14,429 bases of DNA, from positions 1-14,429 of the forward strand of contig CAVXJS010000004.1 in NCBI GenBank assembly GCA_963762145.1. The letters are read 5' to 3'. The translations under genes were made by a program, and so were the position numbers. The notes below the pieces were generated by a model, which was not told the DNA's origin, did no database searches, and was given only the letters and a program-made list of their open reading frames with translations. Origin of the DNA: an uncultured Candidatus Rokubacteria bacterium. GTDB taxonomy: Bacteria > Methylomirabilota > Methylomirabilia > Rokubacteriales > CSP1-6. Below are positions 6,305-14,429 of this stretch, in pieces. Within the stretch, counting starts at the first letter, position 1. Every line of letters begins with the position of its first letter.

Positions 6305-7855
6305 TTACCGCGGGGCCTTGAGCCGGAGGTCCTCGTACGGCGCCGAGTACGAGAAGCCCTTGATGTGGTCCACGCACGCCTCCTCCACCCGTGGGCCGAC
6401 GCCCCAGAGGAAGGCCAGTTCGTAGATGGGCACGTACATCACCCGGTCCTGCATGATCTGCTGGATCTGGTGCAGCATGCCTTCCCGCTTCTTGCGATCC
6501 AGCTCGCGGGCCTGGCGCTCGAAGAGCGTCTCGATCTCCGGGACCACTCCCGACGAGTAGATCCCGTTCTTGGTGACGTAGACCTCGATGCGGGTAGCCG
6601 CGTTGCCCGCGGGCGCGCCCAGGCCCATGATCACGCCCCGGAGCTTGTGCTCGCGCCAAGCGGTGAGGAAGGCCGCGCGCTCCATCGTGCGCAGCCGCGT
6701 GCGGATGCCGACGGCCTGCAGATAGCCGCCGATCGCCTCGGCCAGCGAGAAGAAGGGCGGAAACGGGGTGAGGTCGCCCGCGTCGAAGCCGTTGGGGTAG
6801 CCGGCCTCGGCGAGAAGCTTCTTGGCCCGGGCGGGATCGTACGCCGGCGGCGGATACGCCCGCGCGAAATCGAGGACGCGCGGTATGAGGCCGCCGGTCG
6901 GATGCGAGAGCCCGAGCGTTTCGGCCTGGTTTAGCCCCTCGCGGTCGAGGGCATGGCTCGCGGCCAGCCGGACGCGCCGGTCGTGCCACGGCGACTTGGG
7001 ATCCCACTGCTCGGGCAGGTCGAGGAAGGTCACGCCGGGCGGCATGGCCGCGGCGAGGCGCAGGCCCGGCGTGCGCTTGACCTCCTGGGCCGTTGGACCG
7101 CTTAGCAGGTAGACGATGTCCACGTCGCCCGCCTTGAGAGCGGCGGCGCGCGTGGTCTCGTCGGGCATGCTGCGGAAGACGAGCCGCTTGACCGACGGGA
7201 CCTTTCTCCAGTAGCCCTCGAAGGCTTCCATCACCAGATCCACGCCGGGGTTGAAGCTCACCACCCGGTACGGGCCCGCGCCGATCGGCGCCTTCTTGAA
7301 GCCGTCGTCGCCCACCTTCTCCACGTACTTGCGCGGCACGATCCACGCCGCGCCGGTGGCGGAGGTACCGTAGAAGGTCATGAAGTCCGGCCACGCCTCC
7401 CGGAGGTGGAAGCGCACGCGCCCGGCGTCCACGATCTCGACGTCGCGCACGCGGTCCTTCAAGAGCTTGGCCGCGGCGCCCTTGTAGCGCTCGAACGAGA
7501 ACTTCACGTCGTCCGCGGTCACCGGGTCGCCGTTGTGGAACTTCGCGTTCTTGCGCAGAACGAACTCGTAGACGAGCCCGTCCTTCGACACCGTCCAGGA
7601 CTCGGCCAGGCTCGGGGTGTTCTCGCCGGCCGGCATCGGCTTCACCAGCGCGTCGTGCACGGCGTAGAGCACCATGAACGGATTGATGAAGGCCTCGGTG
7701 TCGCTCGGGTCGAGCCACTTCGTGGCCAGCGTGACGTGGAGCCCCCACGTGAGCGTGCCCTCGGGCGCCGCGGCGGCGGGCGCGCGGAGCGCGGGGATCA
7801 GGAGCAGGACGGCGACCGCGACGAGCGCGCGACGTAGAAGGAACGGTCTCACCAT
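6305..7855 (-). CDS. ABC transporter substrate-binding protein, family 5 (DppA/OppA/NikA-like)
   Basis: Signal peptide plus motifs LAESWTVSKDGLVYEFVLRKNAKFHNGDPVTADDVKFSFER, PIGAGPY, DRRVRLA and YDPARAKKLLAEAGY. GGAGG RBS at 7864-7860. Confidence 0.95.
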   Translation of the reverse strand: MVRPFLLRRALVAVAVLLLIPALRAPAAAAPEGTLTWGLHVTLATKWLDPSDTEAFINPFMVLYAVHDALVKPMPAGENTPSLAESWTVSKDGLVYEFVLRKNAKFHNGDPVTADDVKFSFERYKGAAAKLLKDRVRDVEIVDAGRVRFHLREAWPDFMTFYGTSATGAAWIVPRKYVEKVGDDGFKKAPIGAGPYRVVSFNPGVDLVMEAFEGYWRKVPSVKRLVFRSMPDETTRAAALKAGDVDIVYLLSGPTAQEVKRTPGLRLAAAMPPGVTFLDLPEQWDPKSPWHDRRVRLAASHALDREGLNQAETLGLSHPTGGLIPRVLDFARAYPPPAYDPARAKKLLAEAGYPNGFDAGDLTPFPPFFSLAEAIGGYLQAVGIRTRLRTMERAAFLTAWREHKLRGVIMGLGAPAGNAATRIEVYVTKNGIYSSGVVPEIETLFERQARELDRKKREGMLHQIQQIMQDRVMYVPIYELAFLWGVGPRVEEACVDHIKGFSYSAPYEDLRLKAPR

Positions 7856-7879
7856 GACACCTCCGGTCCGTTCGGTCGG

Positions 7880-8977
7880 CTAATGGTACACCGGCCCGGC
7901 GGGCAGCCGGGCGGGGTCGAAGGCCTCGAGGTCGAGCGACGTGGCGCGGCCGTCCGCGATCAGCTCGGCCAGCGCGAGACCGGTGCCCGGCGCGTTCAGC
8001 ATGCCCCACGGCCCGTGGCCGGTCGCCACGTACGCGCCCGCCGCGCCGGGCACGCGGCCGATCAGGGGGATGCCGTCGTCGGCGATCGGCCGGTAGCAGG
8101 CCTGGCGGCGCTCGATCGGCGCGGCGGCCAGCGCGTGGGAGACGCGCCCGGCGGCGCGGGCCAGCGTGGCGCAGCCGGCCTCGCTCACCTCCACGCCCTC
8201 CGCGGACTCCGGCAGCGGCTGGCGGTCGGCCATGCCGCACACGTAGACGGTGCCGTCGGGCCGCGGGATGATCTCGGGCTCGAGCGCGCGGCCGTCCGCG
8301 GTGCGGTAATCCATGAAGAGCGCGTGGGCGGGCACGTCGGCGGCGGCGAGCGTGACGCTGTAACCCTTGAGCCCGTGGATGCTCGGCAGGGCCACGCCCT
8401 TCACGCGGCCGGTCCAGGGGCCCATCGCGAGGACGACCGCGTCGGCCTCGAAGGCCTCGCCATTCACCGTGACGCCGCTGACCGCGCGGCCGCGGGTGGT
8501 CACCGCCTCGACCACCCCGGTGCGCAGCGCCGCGCCGCGGGCCCGCGCCGCGTCGATCAGCGCGGTGGTGAAGCGGGCGGGGTGGACCTGGGCCGTCGTC
8601 TCGGTCGAGCCGAGCGCCCCCGCCACGACGGCCGGCCCGTCGATCCAGCCCGGCGCGGGGATCCGGTGTCCGCCCGCCACCGCGCCCTTCTCGCGCGCGG
8701 CCAGCATGTAGGTGTCCATCCGCCGATAGCCGTAGTCGGTCGGGATCTCGCGCGCGAGATCTCCGTGGAGCGCGAAGCTCAGCCGGGCGAGCGGGCCCAC
8801 CTCCGTGTTATCGCACCAGTCGAGCGCGAGGAAGCCGCCGGACTTGCCGGAGGCCGCGCAGGCCACCCCGGTGCGCTCCACGACCGTGACCGCGACGCCG
8901 CGGCGGGCCAGGTAGTAGGCCACCGCGGCGCCCATCACGCCGGCGCCGCAGACGATGACGTGCCGAGGAGGGGTCAT
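7880..8977 (-). CDS. FAD-dependent oxidoreductase, DAO/glycine oxidase family (Tda3-like)
   Basis: Rossmann motif VIVCGAGVMG, ASGKSGGFLALDWCD, TTAQVHP and ATGHGPWGMLNAPGTG. Start placed at ATG 8977 (MTPPRH, 365 aa) because the 9058 start would overlap the divergent gene's start and RBS. Confidence 0.88.
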   Translation of the reverse strand: MTPPRHVIVCGAGVMGAAVAYYLARRGVAVTVVERTGVACAASGKSGGFLALDWCDNTEVGPLARLSFALHGDLAREIPTDYGYRRMDTYMLAAREKGAVAGGHRIPAPGWIDGPAVVAGALGSTETTAQVHPARFTTALIDAARARGAALRTGVVEAVTTRGRAVSGVTVNGEAFEADAVVLAMGPWTGRVKGVALPSIHGLKGYSVTLAAADVPAHALFMDYRTADGRALEPEIIPRPDGTVYVCGMADRQPLPESAEGVEVSEAGCATLARAAGRVSHALAAAPIERRQACYRPIADDGIPLIGRVPGAAGAYVATGHGPWGMLNAPGTGLALAELIADGRATSLDLEAFDPARLPAGPVYH

Positions 8978-9000
8978 GGCCGGCTCGCCGCACAGGGTAG

Positions 9001-9050
9001 TACAATCCTCCGCGAACCCCCAGCCCAATCGCCACCCCCGACGGAGGAGG
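9001..9050 (+). promoter_or_regulatory. Putative -10 element (TACAAT) and strong RBS (GGAGGAGG) for the 9057 gene
   Basis: TACAAT at 9001-9006 in the 79-bp divergent intergenic region, with no clear -35. GGAGGAGG at 9043-9050, 6 nt before the ATG. Confidence 0.45.
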
Positions 9051-9056
9051 CCTGTC

Positions 9057-9896
9057 ATGGACTACGGCGCGGTCATGTTCCCCACCGAGTACTCGATCGC
9101 TCCGGACGAGCTGGCGCGGGCTCTCGAGGAGCGCGGCTTCGAATCGGTGTGGTTTCCCGAGCACACGCACATCCCGGCGAGCCGCCAGAGCCCGTGGCCG
9201 GGCGGGGGCGAGCTGCCGCGCGACTACTGGTCGGCCTACGATCCGTTCATCGCGCTCATGGCCGCGGCGGCCGCGACGAAGCGCCTCCGGCTCGGCACCG
9301 GCATCTGTCTCGTGATCGAGCGCGATCCGATCGTCACCGCCAAGGAGGTGGCCACGCTCGACCGGCTCTCGGGCGGCCGGGTCCTGTTCGGTATCGGCGG
9401 CGGCTGGAACGCCGAGGAGATGGGCCATCACGGCACCGCGTGGAAGAGCCGCTGGCGGGTGCTCCGCGAGCGCGTGCTCGCGATGAAGGCGATCTGGACC
9501 GAGCGCGAGGCGAGCTACCAGGGTGAGTTCGTGCGCTTCGGGAAGATCTGGGCCGAGCCCAAGCCCCTCCAGAAGCCGCACCCGCCGATCATCATCGGCG
9601 GCGACGGGGAGAAGACGTTCGACCGGGTCGTGGAGTTCGGCGACGGCTGGATGCCGATCATGCGCCCGCACACCAACCCGGTGGAGAAGATCCCCGCGCT
9701 CCGCGAGCGGTTGAAGACGGCGGGCCGCGACCCGAAGTCGGCGCCGGTGTCCATGTTCTTCGCGCCGCCCAAGCGGGAGGCGCTCGCCGCGCTCGCGGCG
9801 GCCGGGGTGCAGCGCGCCATCTTCGGCCTGCCCGCCGCGCCCCGCGACGAGGTGCTGCCGAAGCTCGACGCCTACGCGGCGGTGATGCGCGCCTGA
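9057..9896 (+). CDS. LLM class F420-dependent oxidoreductase (Rv2161c-like)
   Basis: Motifs GFESVWFPEHTHIP, DPFIAL, AKEVATLDRLSGGRVLFGIGGGWNAEEM and PKPLQKPHPP. ATG 9057 with a strong RBS; 279 aa. The F420 cofactor is inferred from the subfamily only. Confidence 0.9.
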   Translation: MDYGAVMFPTEYSIAPDELARALEERGFESVWFPEHTHIPASRQSPWPGGGELPRDYWSAYDPFIALMAAAAATKRLRLGTGICLVIERDPIVTAKEVATLDRLSGGRVLFGIGGGWNAEEMGHHGTAWKSRWRVLRERVLAMKAIWTEREASYQGEFVRFGKIWAEPKPLQKPHPPIIIGGDGEKTFDRVVEFGDGWMPIMRPHTNPVEKIPALRERLKTAGRDPKSAPVSMFFAPPKREALAALAAAGVQRAIFGLPAAPRDEVLPKLDAYAAVMRA

Positions 9897-10876
9897 CCGC
9901 CCGGGGCGACCAGGATCTTGCCCGCGCGCTCGCCACGCTCGGCGTGCGCCACCGCGGCGCGGATGTCGTCGATCGCGTAGACCTTCTCGACCGGCGCGGT
10001 GAGGAGCCCCTGCCGGACCTGCTCGCCCAGCTCCGCGTAGATCGCCCGGATCTGGGCCGGTGAGCGGCTGGCGAGCGCGCGGCCGAGGATGAAGCCGACC
10101 AGCGTCTGCCCGTCGCCGACCAGCTTGCCACGCGGCATGATCGGATCCTCGCCGCTCATCGAGCCATAGTTGCACACCACGCCGCCCTCGCCCAGGCAGG
10201 CCGAGATCCTCGCGGTGGCGCGGCCCGAGATCGCGTCGATGCCGAGGCGGATCGGCGTGCCGTCGGTGCGGGCCTTGACCACCTCTGCCAGCTCGGGGCC
10301 GTCCACCACGCAGACGTCGGCGCCGAGCGCGGTCAGCTCGCCGAACAGCGCCTCGCGCCGCACCACGTTCACGGTCCGCACGCCGCGGGCCCGCGCCAGC
10401 CGGATCACGAAGCGGCCCACCGCGGAGTTGGCCACGTTCTGGATGATCCAGTCGCCCGGTCGCAGGGCGACGAGGTCGGAGAGCAGGAGGAGGGCGGTCG
10501 GCGGGTTGATGCGGAGCATGGCGGCCTGGAGCTCGTCGAGTCCCTCCGGCACCGGGATCACGTCGTCGCCCTTCACGCGGCGGCGCTGGGTCCAGTTCTC
10601 GCGCTGCAGGTTGATCACCCGGTCGCCCGCCTTGACGTGCGAGACGCCGGCCCCGACCGCGGTGACGCGGCCGACGCACTCGGCGCCGATGCCGGCGGGC
10701 AGGGCCGGCCGCAGGCGATACGTCCCGCGGCACATCGAGAGATCCGCCGGGTTGATCGGGAATGCGAGCACGTCGAAGACGACCTCGCCCGCCGCCGGCG
10801 CGCCGACGTCCGGCACCTCGACGCAGCGGACCGCCTCCGCGGGCGCCCCATAGCGCTCGAGCAGGACCTGCTTCAT
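9872..10876 (-). CDS. MDR-family NAD(P)H oxidoreductase, trans-2-enoyl-thioester reductase (ETR/MECR)-like
   Basis: Motifs PINPADL, INPPTA, WIIQNVANSAVG, NYGSMSG and GKILV; no structural-zinc Cys cluster. Start at ATG 10876 (MKQVLL, 334 aa) overlaps the upstream stop as ATGA. Confidence 0.88.
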   Translation of the reverse strand: MKQVLLERYGAPAEAVRCVEVPDVGAPAAGEVVFDVLAFPINPADLSMCRGTYRLRPALPAGIGAECVGRVTAVGAGVSHVKAGDRVINLQRENWTQRRRVKGDDVIPVPEGLDELQAAMLRINPPTALLLLSDLVALRPGDWIIQNVANSAVGRFVIRLARARGVRTVNVVRREALFGELTALGADVCVVDGPELAEVVKARTDGTPIRLGIDAISGRATARISACLGEGGVVCNYGSMSGEDPIMPRGKLVGDGQTLVGFILGRALASRSPAQIRAIYAELGEQVRQGLLTAPVEKVYAIDDIRAAVAHAERGERAGKILVAPGGQARITAA

Positions 10877-11739
10877 CGCGCCACCGGCTCCGCGGGATCG
10901 CCCGCGATGGTGGTGCGCTGCATGAGGCGGCGATACCGCTTGGTGTCGAAGGGCGTCGCGCGGTGGAGCACGCAGCGGTTGTCCCAGATCACGAGGTCGC
11001 CCTCCTGCCACTCGTGCCGGTACACGAACGCGGACTGGGTGACGTGATCGAGCAGGGTCCGCAGGAACGCCCGGCCCTCGTCCACCGGCCAGCCCTCCAC
11101 GTGCGAGGCGTGCGCGCCCAGGAAGAGGGCGCGGCGGCCGTTCACCGGGTTGGCCCGCACGAGCCGGTGACGCACCGGCGGGTAGACCGCGCGCTCCTCA
11201 GCGGTGAAGAAGCCGGGCCGGACCTGGTCGCGCGACCACGAGAAGTCGTGCACGACGACCGCGTGCTCGGCGCGGCGCTTCAGGTCGTCCGGCAGCGAGG
11301 GATAGGCCGCGCGACCACTCGCGAACTCGGTGGCACCGCCCTCGGGCGGCACGATCCGCCCGGTCAGGATCGAGCAGAGCGACGGTACCGTCTTGAACGA
11401 GCTGTCGCTGTGCCAGAGCATGTTCGCGAGCTGGTAGACCATCCGCCGGTCTTCCGCGGGAATGACCTCGCCGGTCTTGATGTCGAGGTTGGACTGGCGC
11501 GCGAACGGGGTGCCCGCGGCCGGGTTCATGCTGCGGGTGACCTCGAGCGCGCCGAAGCGGAGGCTGAACGCCACCTGAGTCTCGTCGTCGAGCCCGGCGC
11601 CGCGGAAGAGCAGCACCGAGTGCTCGTCGAAGGCGGCGCGGATGGCCGCCCACGTGGCTTCGTCGAGCGGTCGGCTGATGTCGGCGCCGACGATGCGCGC
11701 GGCGAAGGAGGAGCCGAGTGGGGTCACCGTGATCGTCAT
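10873..11739 (-). CDS. TauD/TfdA family Fe(II)/2-oxoglutarate dioxygenase (TfdA/SdpA-like)
   Basis: HxD motif in ANMLWHSDSSFK, GGATEFA, HRLVRANPVNGRRALFLGAHA, and WDNRCVLHR with the distal His; 288 aa. Confidence 0.93.
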   Translation of the reverse strand: MTITVTPLGSSFAARIVGADISRPLDEATWAAIRAAFDEHSVLLFRGAGLDDETQVAFSLRFGALEVTRSMNPAAGTPFARQSNLDIKTGEVIPAEDRRMVYQLANMLWHSDSSFKTVPSLCSILTGRIVPPEGGATEFASGRAAYPSLPDDLKRRAEHAVVVHDFSWSRDQVRPGFFTAEERAVYPPVRHRLVRANPVNGRRALFLGAHASHVEGWPVDEGRAFLRTLLDHVTQSAFVYRHEWQEGDLVIWDNRCVLHRATPFDTKRYRRLMQRTTIAGDPAEPVAR

Positions 11740-11752
11740 GTCAGGTGTCTCC

Positions 11753-14416
11753 CTAGGCGGAGTGCCCCGCGGTCTGAACCGCGGCCAGGAGGGAATCCGG
11801 GTTCACCGGCTTGACCAGGTGCGCGTCGAAGCCCGCCTCCATGGCCTGCCGGCGATCGTCGGGCTGCCCGTAGCCGGTGAGGGCGACCAGGTACATGGAC
11901 GCGGCGGCGCTCTCGCGGACGTGCCGGGCGAGCTGGTAGCCGTCGAAGCCGGGCAGTCCCACGTCCACCAGGGCGATGTCGGGGCGCAGGCGCAGCGCCG
12001 CCTCGAGCCCGCCCGGCCCGTCGGCGGCCTCGTGAACCTCGTGCCCGGCCACGTGGAGCAGGTGGCGAAGCATCTCGCGCGCGTCCGCGTTGTCCTCCAC
12101 GACGAGAATGCGGCGTGACACGCCGTTGGACGGGGCCGCCACCGTCACCCGGGGCGCGGGGACGGGCCGCGCGGCGAGCGCGGGCAGCCGTACCGTGAAC
12201 GTGCTCCCGTGACCGGCGCCCGCGCTCGCCGCCTCCACGCGACCGCCGTGCAGCTCCGTGATGCGCCGGACCAGCGTGAGGCCGAGCCCCAGGCCGCCAG
12301 CGCCGCGGTCGGGTCCGCGCTCGCCCTGGGCGAAGAGATCGAAGACGCGGGGCAGGATCTCCGGGGCGATCCCGACTCCGGTGTCGCGTACGCGCAGGAC
12401 CGCGTCGCCCTGCTCGTCGCGGAGAGTGATCTCGATGCGGCCGGCGGCCGGGGTGAAGCGGAGGGCGTTGCCGATGAGGTTGTTGACGATCTGCTCGAAG
12501 CGCGTCTCGTCCACGTCGGCCCAGACCGGCTCGAGGTCCATGGCGATCCGATGCCGCTCGGTCTTCCCGCTCGCGGCCAGGGTGGCCAGGCTGTGGCGCA
12601 CCGCCTCGCCGAGCTCGAGCGGCCGGCGCACCAGCGCGATCTTGCCGGAGGTCACGCGGGCCACGTCGAGCAGGTCGTCTACCAGCCGGGCCAGGTGAGC
12701 GTTCTGCCGCGCGATGATCTCGTGGGCGCGCCGGGTCACCTCCGCGGACGGCTCACCCGTCTCGAGCACGTGGATCGCGGTGGCGATCGCGGAGAGCGGG
12801 TTCCGCAGCTCGTGGCCGAGCATCGCGAGCAGCTCGTCCTTGCCCCGGCTGGCCGACTCCGCCTCCGCGCGCGCGGTGTGCTCGGCGGCCAGGAGCCGGG
12901 CCTTCTCCACCGCCACCGCCGCGTGGTCGGCGAGGGTGACGAGCGCGGCCTCGTCTCCCTCGGTGAACGGCCGGAGCGTGAAGTTGTTCGCGTAGATCAC
13001 GCCCGCCACCGCGCCGGAGGAGATGATCGGCACCGTCAGGCCGGACACGATCCCGTCCCCGTGGGCGATCGCCACATAGGGACTGTCCCGGAAGCGGGGA
13101 TCGCGGGCGAAGTCGTCGGAGCGCACCGGCCGGCCGGTGGACCAGGTGAGGCCGCCCATACCCTGGCCCTTCGCGATCTCGAAGCCCTGCGGCATCAGCG
13201 AGGAGACGACGGTGGGGTACCGCACGAGGAGGCGCCCCGCCTCGTCCACCAGCGCGATCCGCGCGCTGTCCGCGCGCACGAGGCCGCGCACCGCGTTCAC
13301 CGCGGTCCGGAGGACGGTGTCGAGGTCCGGCGAGGCGGCGAGGGCGTGTGCGACGTCGGCGATAGCGCGGGCCTGCCGCTCGCGGAGCGTGGCTTCCTGC
13401 TCGCGGGTGCGGGCGAGCTCCGCGGCGGCGGAGAGCTGGTCGGCCACCTCGTTCACCTCGGTCACCCCGCTCTGCAGCGGCTCCGCGGGCTCGCCGCGCT
13501 CGACGGAGCGGGCGATGCGGACCAGGCCGCCGACCGCGCCCGCGATGCGGCGCCCGAAGACGAACGCCAGGCCGGCCGCGACCGCCGCGGCGAGCGCGGC
13601 GCCCAGCGTGAGCTGCCCGGCGCCACGACGAAGCGGCGCCTCCACCGCGGCGACCGGGGCGGTGAGCACGACGCGCCAGCCGGACAGCGGCGCGGTGGCG
13701 AAGGCCACGTACACCTCGGTTCCCTCGAGGAGCCGGCTCTTCACCCAGCCCTCGCGTCCCGGCGAGGGGTTCCGCACCTTCCGTCCCACCATCTCGGCTT
13801 CGCCCTGGGTGCGGGCCACGATGGTCGCGTCGCGGTCCTGCACCACCGCGATCGTCTCGGGGGCGAACTGCTGGGCGCGGAGGAGCTCGCCGAAGGTGGC
13901 CGCGCGCAGCCCGGCGGTCAGGACGAAGCGCACCGCGTTGTCACGCACGACCGGGACGTAGACCGCCACGATGTTCCGCTCGCTCGACCCGTCGAAGAGG
14001 TTGGAGATCGCGGGCCGCCGGTGGTCGCGGAGCTCGGCGAGGAGCTCGGGCCGGCGGGTCGGGGGCCGTGGAGTGCCGAGCGGCACGGACGTCTGCATGA
14101 GCGCGCGACCGTCGGCCTCGAAGAGGAGCACGTTCACCCAGCCCTGGGTGCGGGTCACCCGATCGCAGAGCTCGTAGAAGGACGTGAGGTTCATGGTGTC
14201 GAGGTGCTCGGACTGGCCGAGCGCCTCGAGTGCGGTGATGACGGTCTCGAGCTCCTTGTCCACCGTGCGCGCGACCGCGGAGGCGGTGTCGCGCATGCCG
14301 CGCTCGGTGGCCGCGAGCTGCAGGCGGGCGTTCTCCCGCATCACGAGCGCGGTGAAGCCCAGCACCGGCACCAGCGCGACCAGGACCAGGGCGACGAGAT
14401 GGCTGCGCAGGCGCAT
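11753..14416 (-). CDS. Membrane-bound hybrid sensor histidine kinase (Cache-like, HAMP-like, GAF, HisKA, HATPase, REC)
   Basis: Two hydrophobic TM segments flank an extracytoplasmic domain. GAF region, H-box MLGHELRNPL, N-box NLIGNALRFT, G boxes DTGVGI and GLGLGL, and receiver ILVVEDN..LVDVGLPGFDG..LVKP. No RBS is visible before 14416, so the start is not firm. Confidence 0.93.
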   Translation of the reverse strand: MRLRSHLVALVLVALVPVLGFTALVMRENARLQLAATERGMRDTASAVARTVDKELETVITALEALGQSEHLDTMNLTSFYELCDRVTRTQGWVNVLLFEADGRALMQTSVPLGTPRPPTRRPELLAELRDHRRPAISNLFDGSSERNIVAVYVPVVRDNAVRFVLTAGLRAATFGELLRAQQFAPETIAVVQDRDATIVARTQGEAEMVGRKVRNPSPGREGWVKSRLLEGTEVYVAFATAPLSGWRVVLTAPVAAVEAPLRRGAGQLTLGAALAAAVAAGLAFVFGRRIAGAVGGLVRIARSVERGEPAEPLQSGVTEVNEVADQLSAAAELARTREQEATLRERQARAIADVAHALAASPDLDTVLRTAVNAVRGLVRADSARIALVDEAGRLLVRYPTVVSSLMPQGFEIAKGQGMGGLTWSTGRPVRSDDFARDPRFRDSPYVAIAHGDGIVSGLTVPIISSGAVAGVIYANNFTLRPFTEGDEAALVTLADHAAVAVEKARLLAAEHTARAEAESASRGKDELLAMLGHELRNPLSAIATAIHVLETGEPSAEVTRRAHEIIARQNAHLARLVDDLLDVARVTSGKIALVRRPLELGEAVRHSLATLAASGKTERHRIAMDLEPVWADVDETRFEQIVNNLIGNALRFTPAAGRIEITLRDEQGDAVLRVRDTGVGIAPEILPRVFDLFAQGERGPDRGAGGLGLGLTLVRRITELHGGRVEAASAGAGHGSTFTVRLPALAARPVPAPRVTVAAPSNGVSRRILVVEDNADAREMLRHLLHVAGHEVHEAADGPGGLEAALRLRPDIALVDVGLPGFDGYQLARHVRESAAASMYLVALTGYGQPDDRRQAMEAGFDAHLVKPVNPDSLLAAVQTAGHSA

Positions 14417-14429
14417 GGAGGAGGGGCCT

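Noticed and set aside
4617-6321. ORFs 4617..5516 (+), 5020..6321 (+) and 5198..6226 (-)
   Set aside because: Antisense or off-frame shadows of the LLM and amidohydrolase genes.
5868-8240. 790-aa minus-strand ORF
   Set aside because: Arg/Gly/Pro-rich alternative frame overlapping three genes with clear family motifs; a typical high-GC shadow ORF.
7883-10733. Long ORFs 7883..9526 (+) and 8808..10733 (-)
   Set aside because: Antisense or off-frame to well-supported genes, with no recognisable motifs.
1-14429. CRISPR arrays, tRNA/rRNA genes, IS elements and integrases
   Set aside because: No periodic repeats, RNA gene signatures or transposase motifs were seen. The only intergenic gap over 100 bp is 1048-1342.

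Overview
GC-rich bacterial window of mostly metabolic genes; the family-5 binding protein and multiple luciferase-like oxidoreductases are reminiscent of Candidatus Rokubacteria/Methylomirabilota (impression only). Left to right: a secreted FecR-like/DUF928-like/TPR protein behind a well-formed sigma-54 promoter, a lower-GC SAM methyltransferase with an unnamed C-terminal domain, a eukaryote-type bifunctional 6-phosphofructo-2-kinase/fructose-2,6-bisphosphatase (PFK-2/FBPase-2), and a cysteine hydrolase. Then a minus-strand cluster (Tda3-like FAD oxidoreductase, orphan ABC substrate-binding protein, amidohydrolase, LLM monooxygenase), a divergent F420-type LLM oxidoreductase, and a minus-strand cluster (hybrid histidine kinase, TfdA/TauD dioxygenase, enoyl-thioester reductase-like protein). 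The main finding is the PFK-2/FBPase-2 gene: the catalytic motifs I can recognise are intact, but four single-base insertions lie within about 170 bp, three of them hidden inside an open frame. No RNA genes, CRISPR arrays or mobile elements were seen. All family assignments come from motif recognition by eye; no searches were run.
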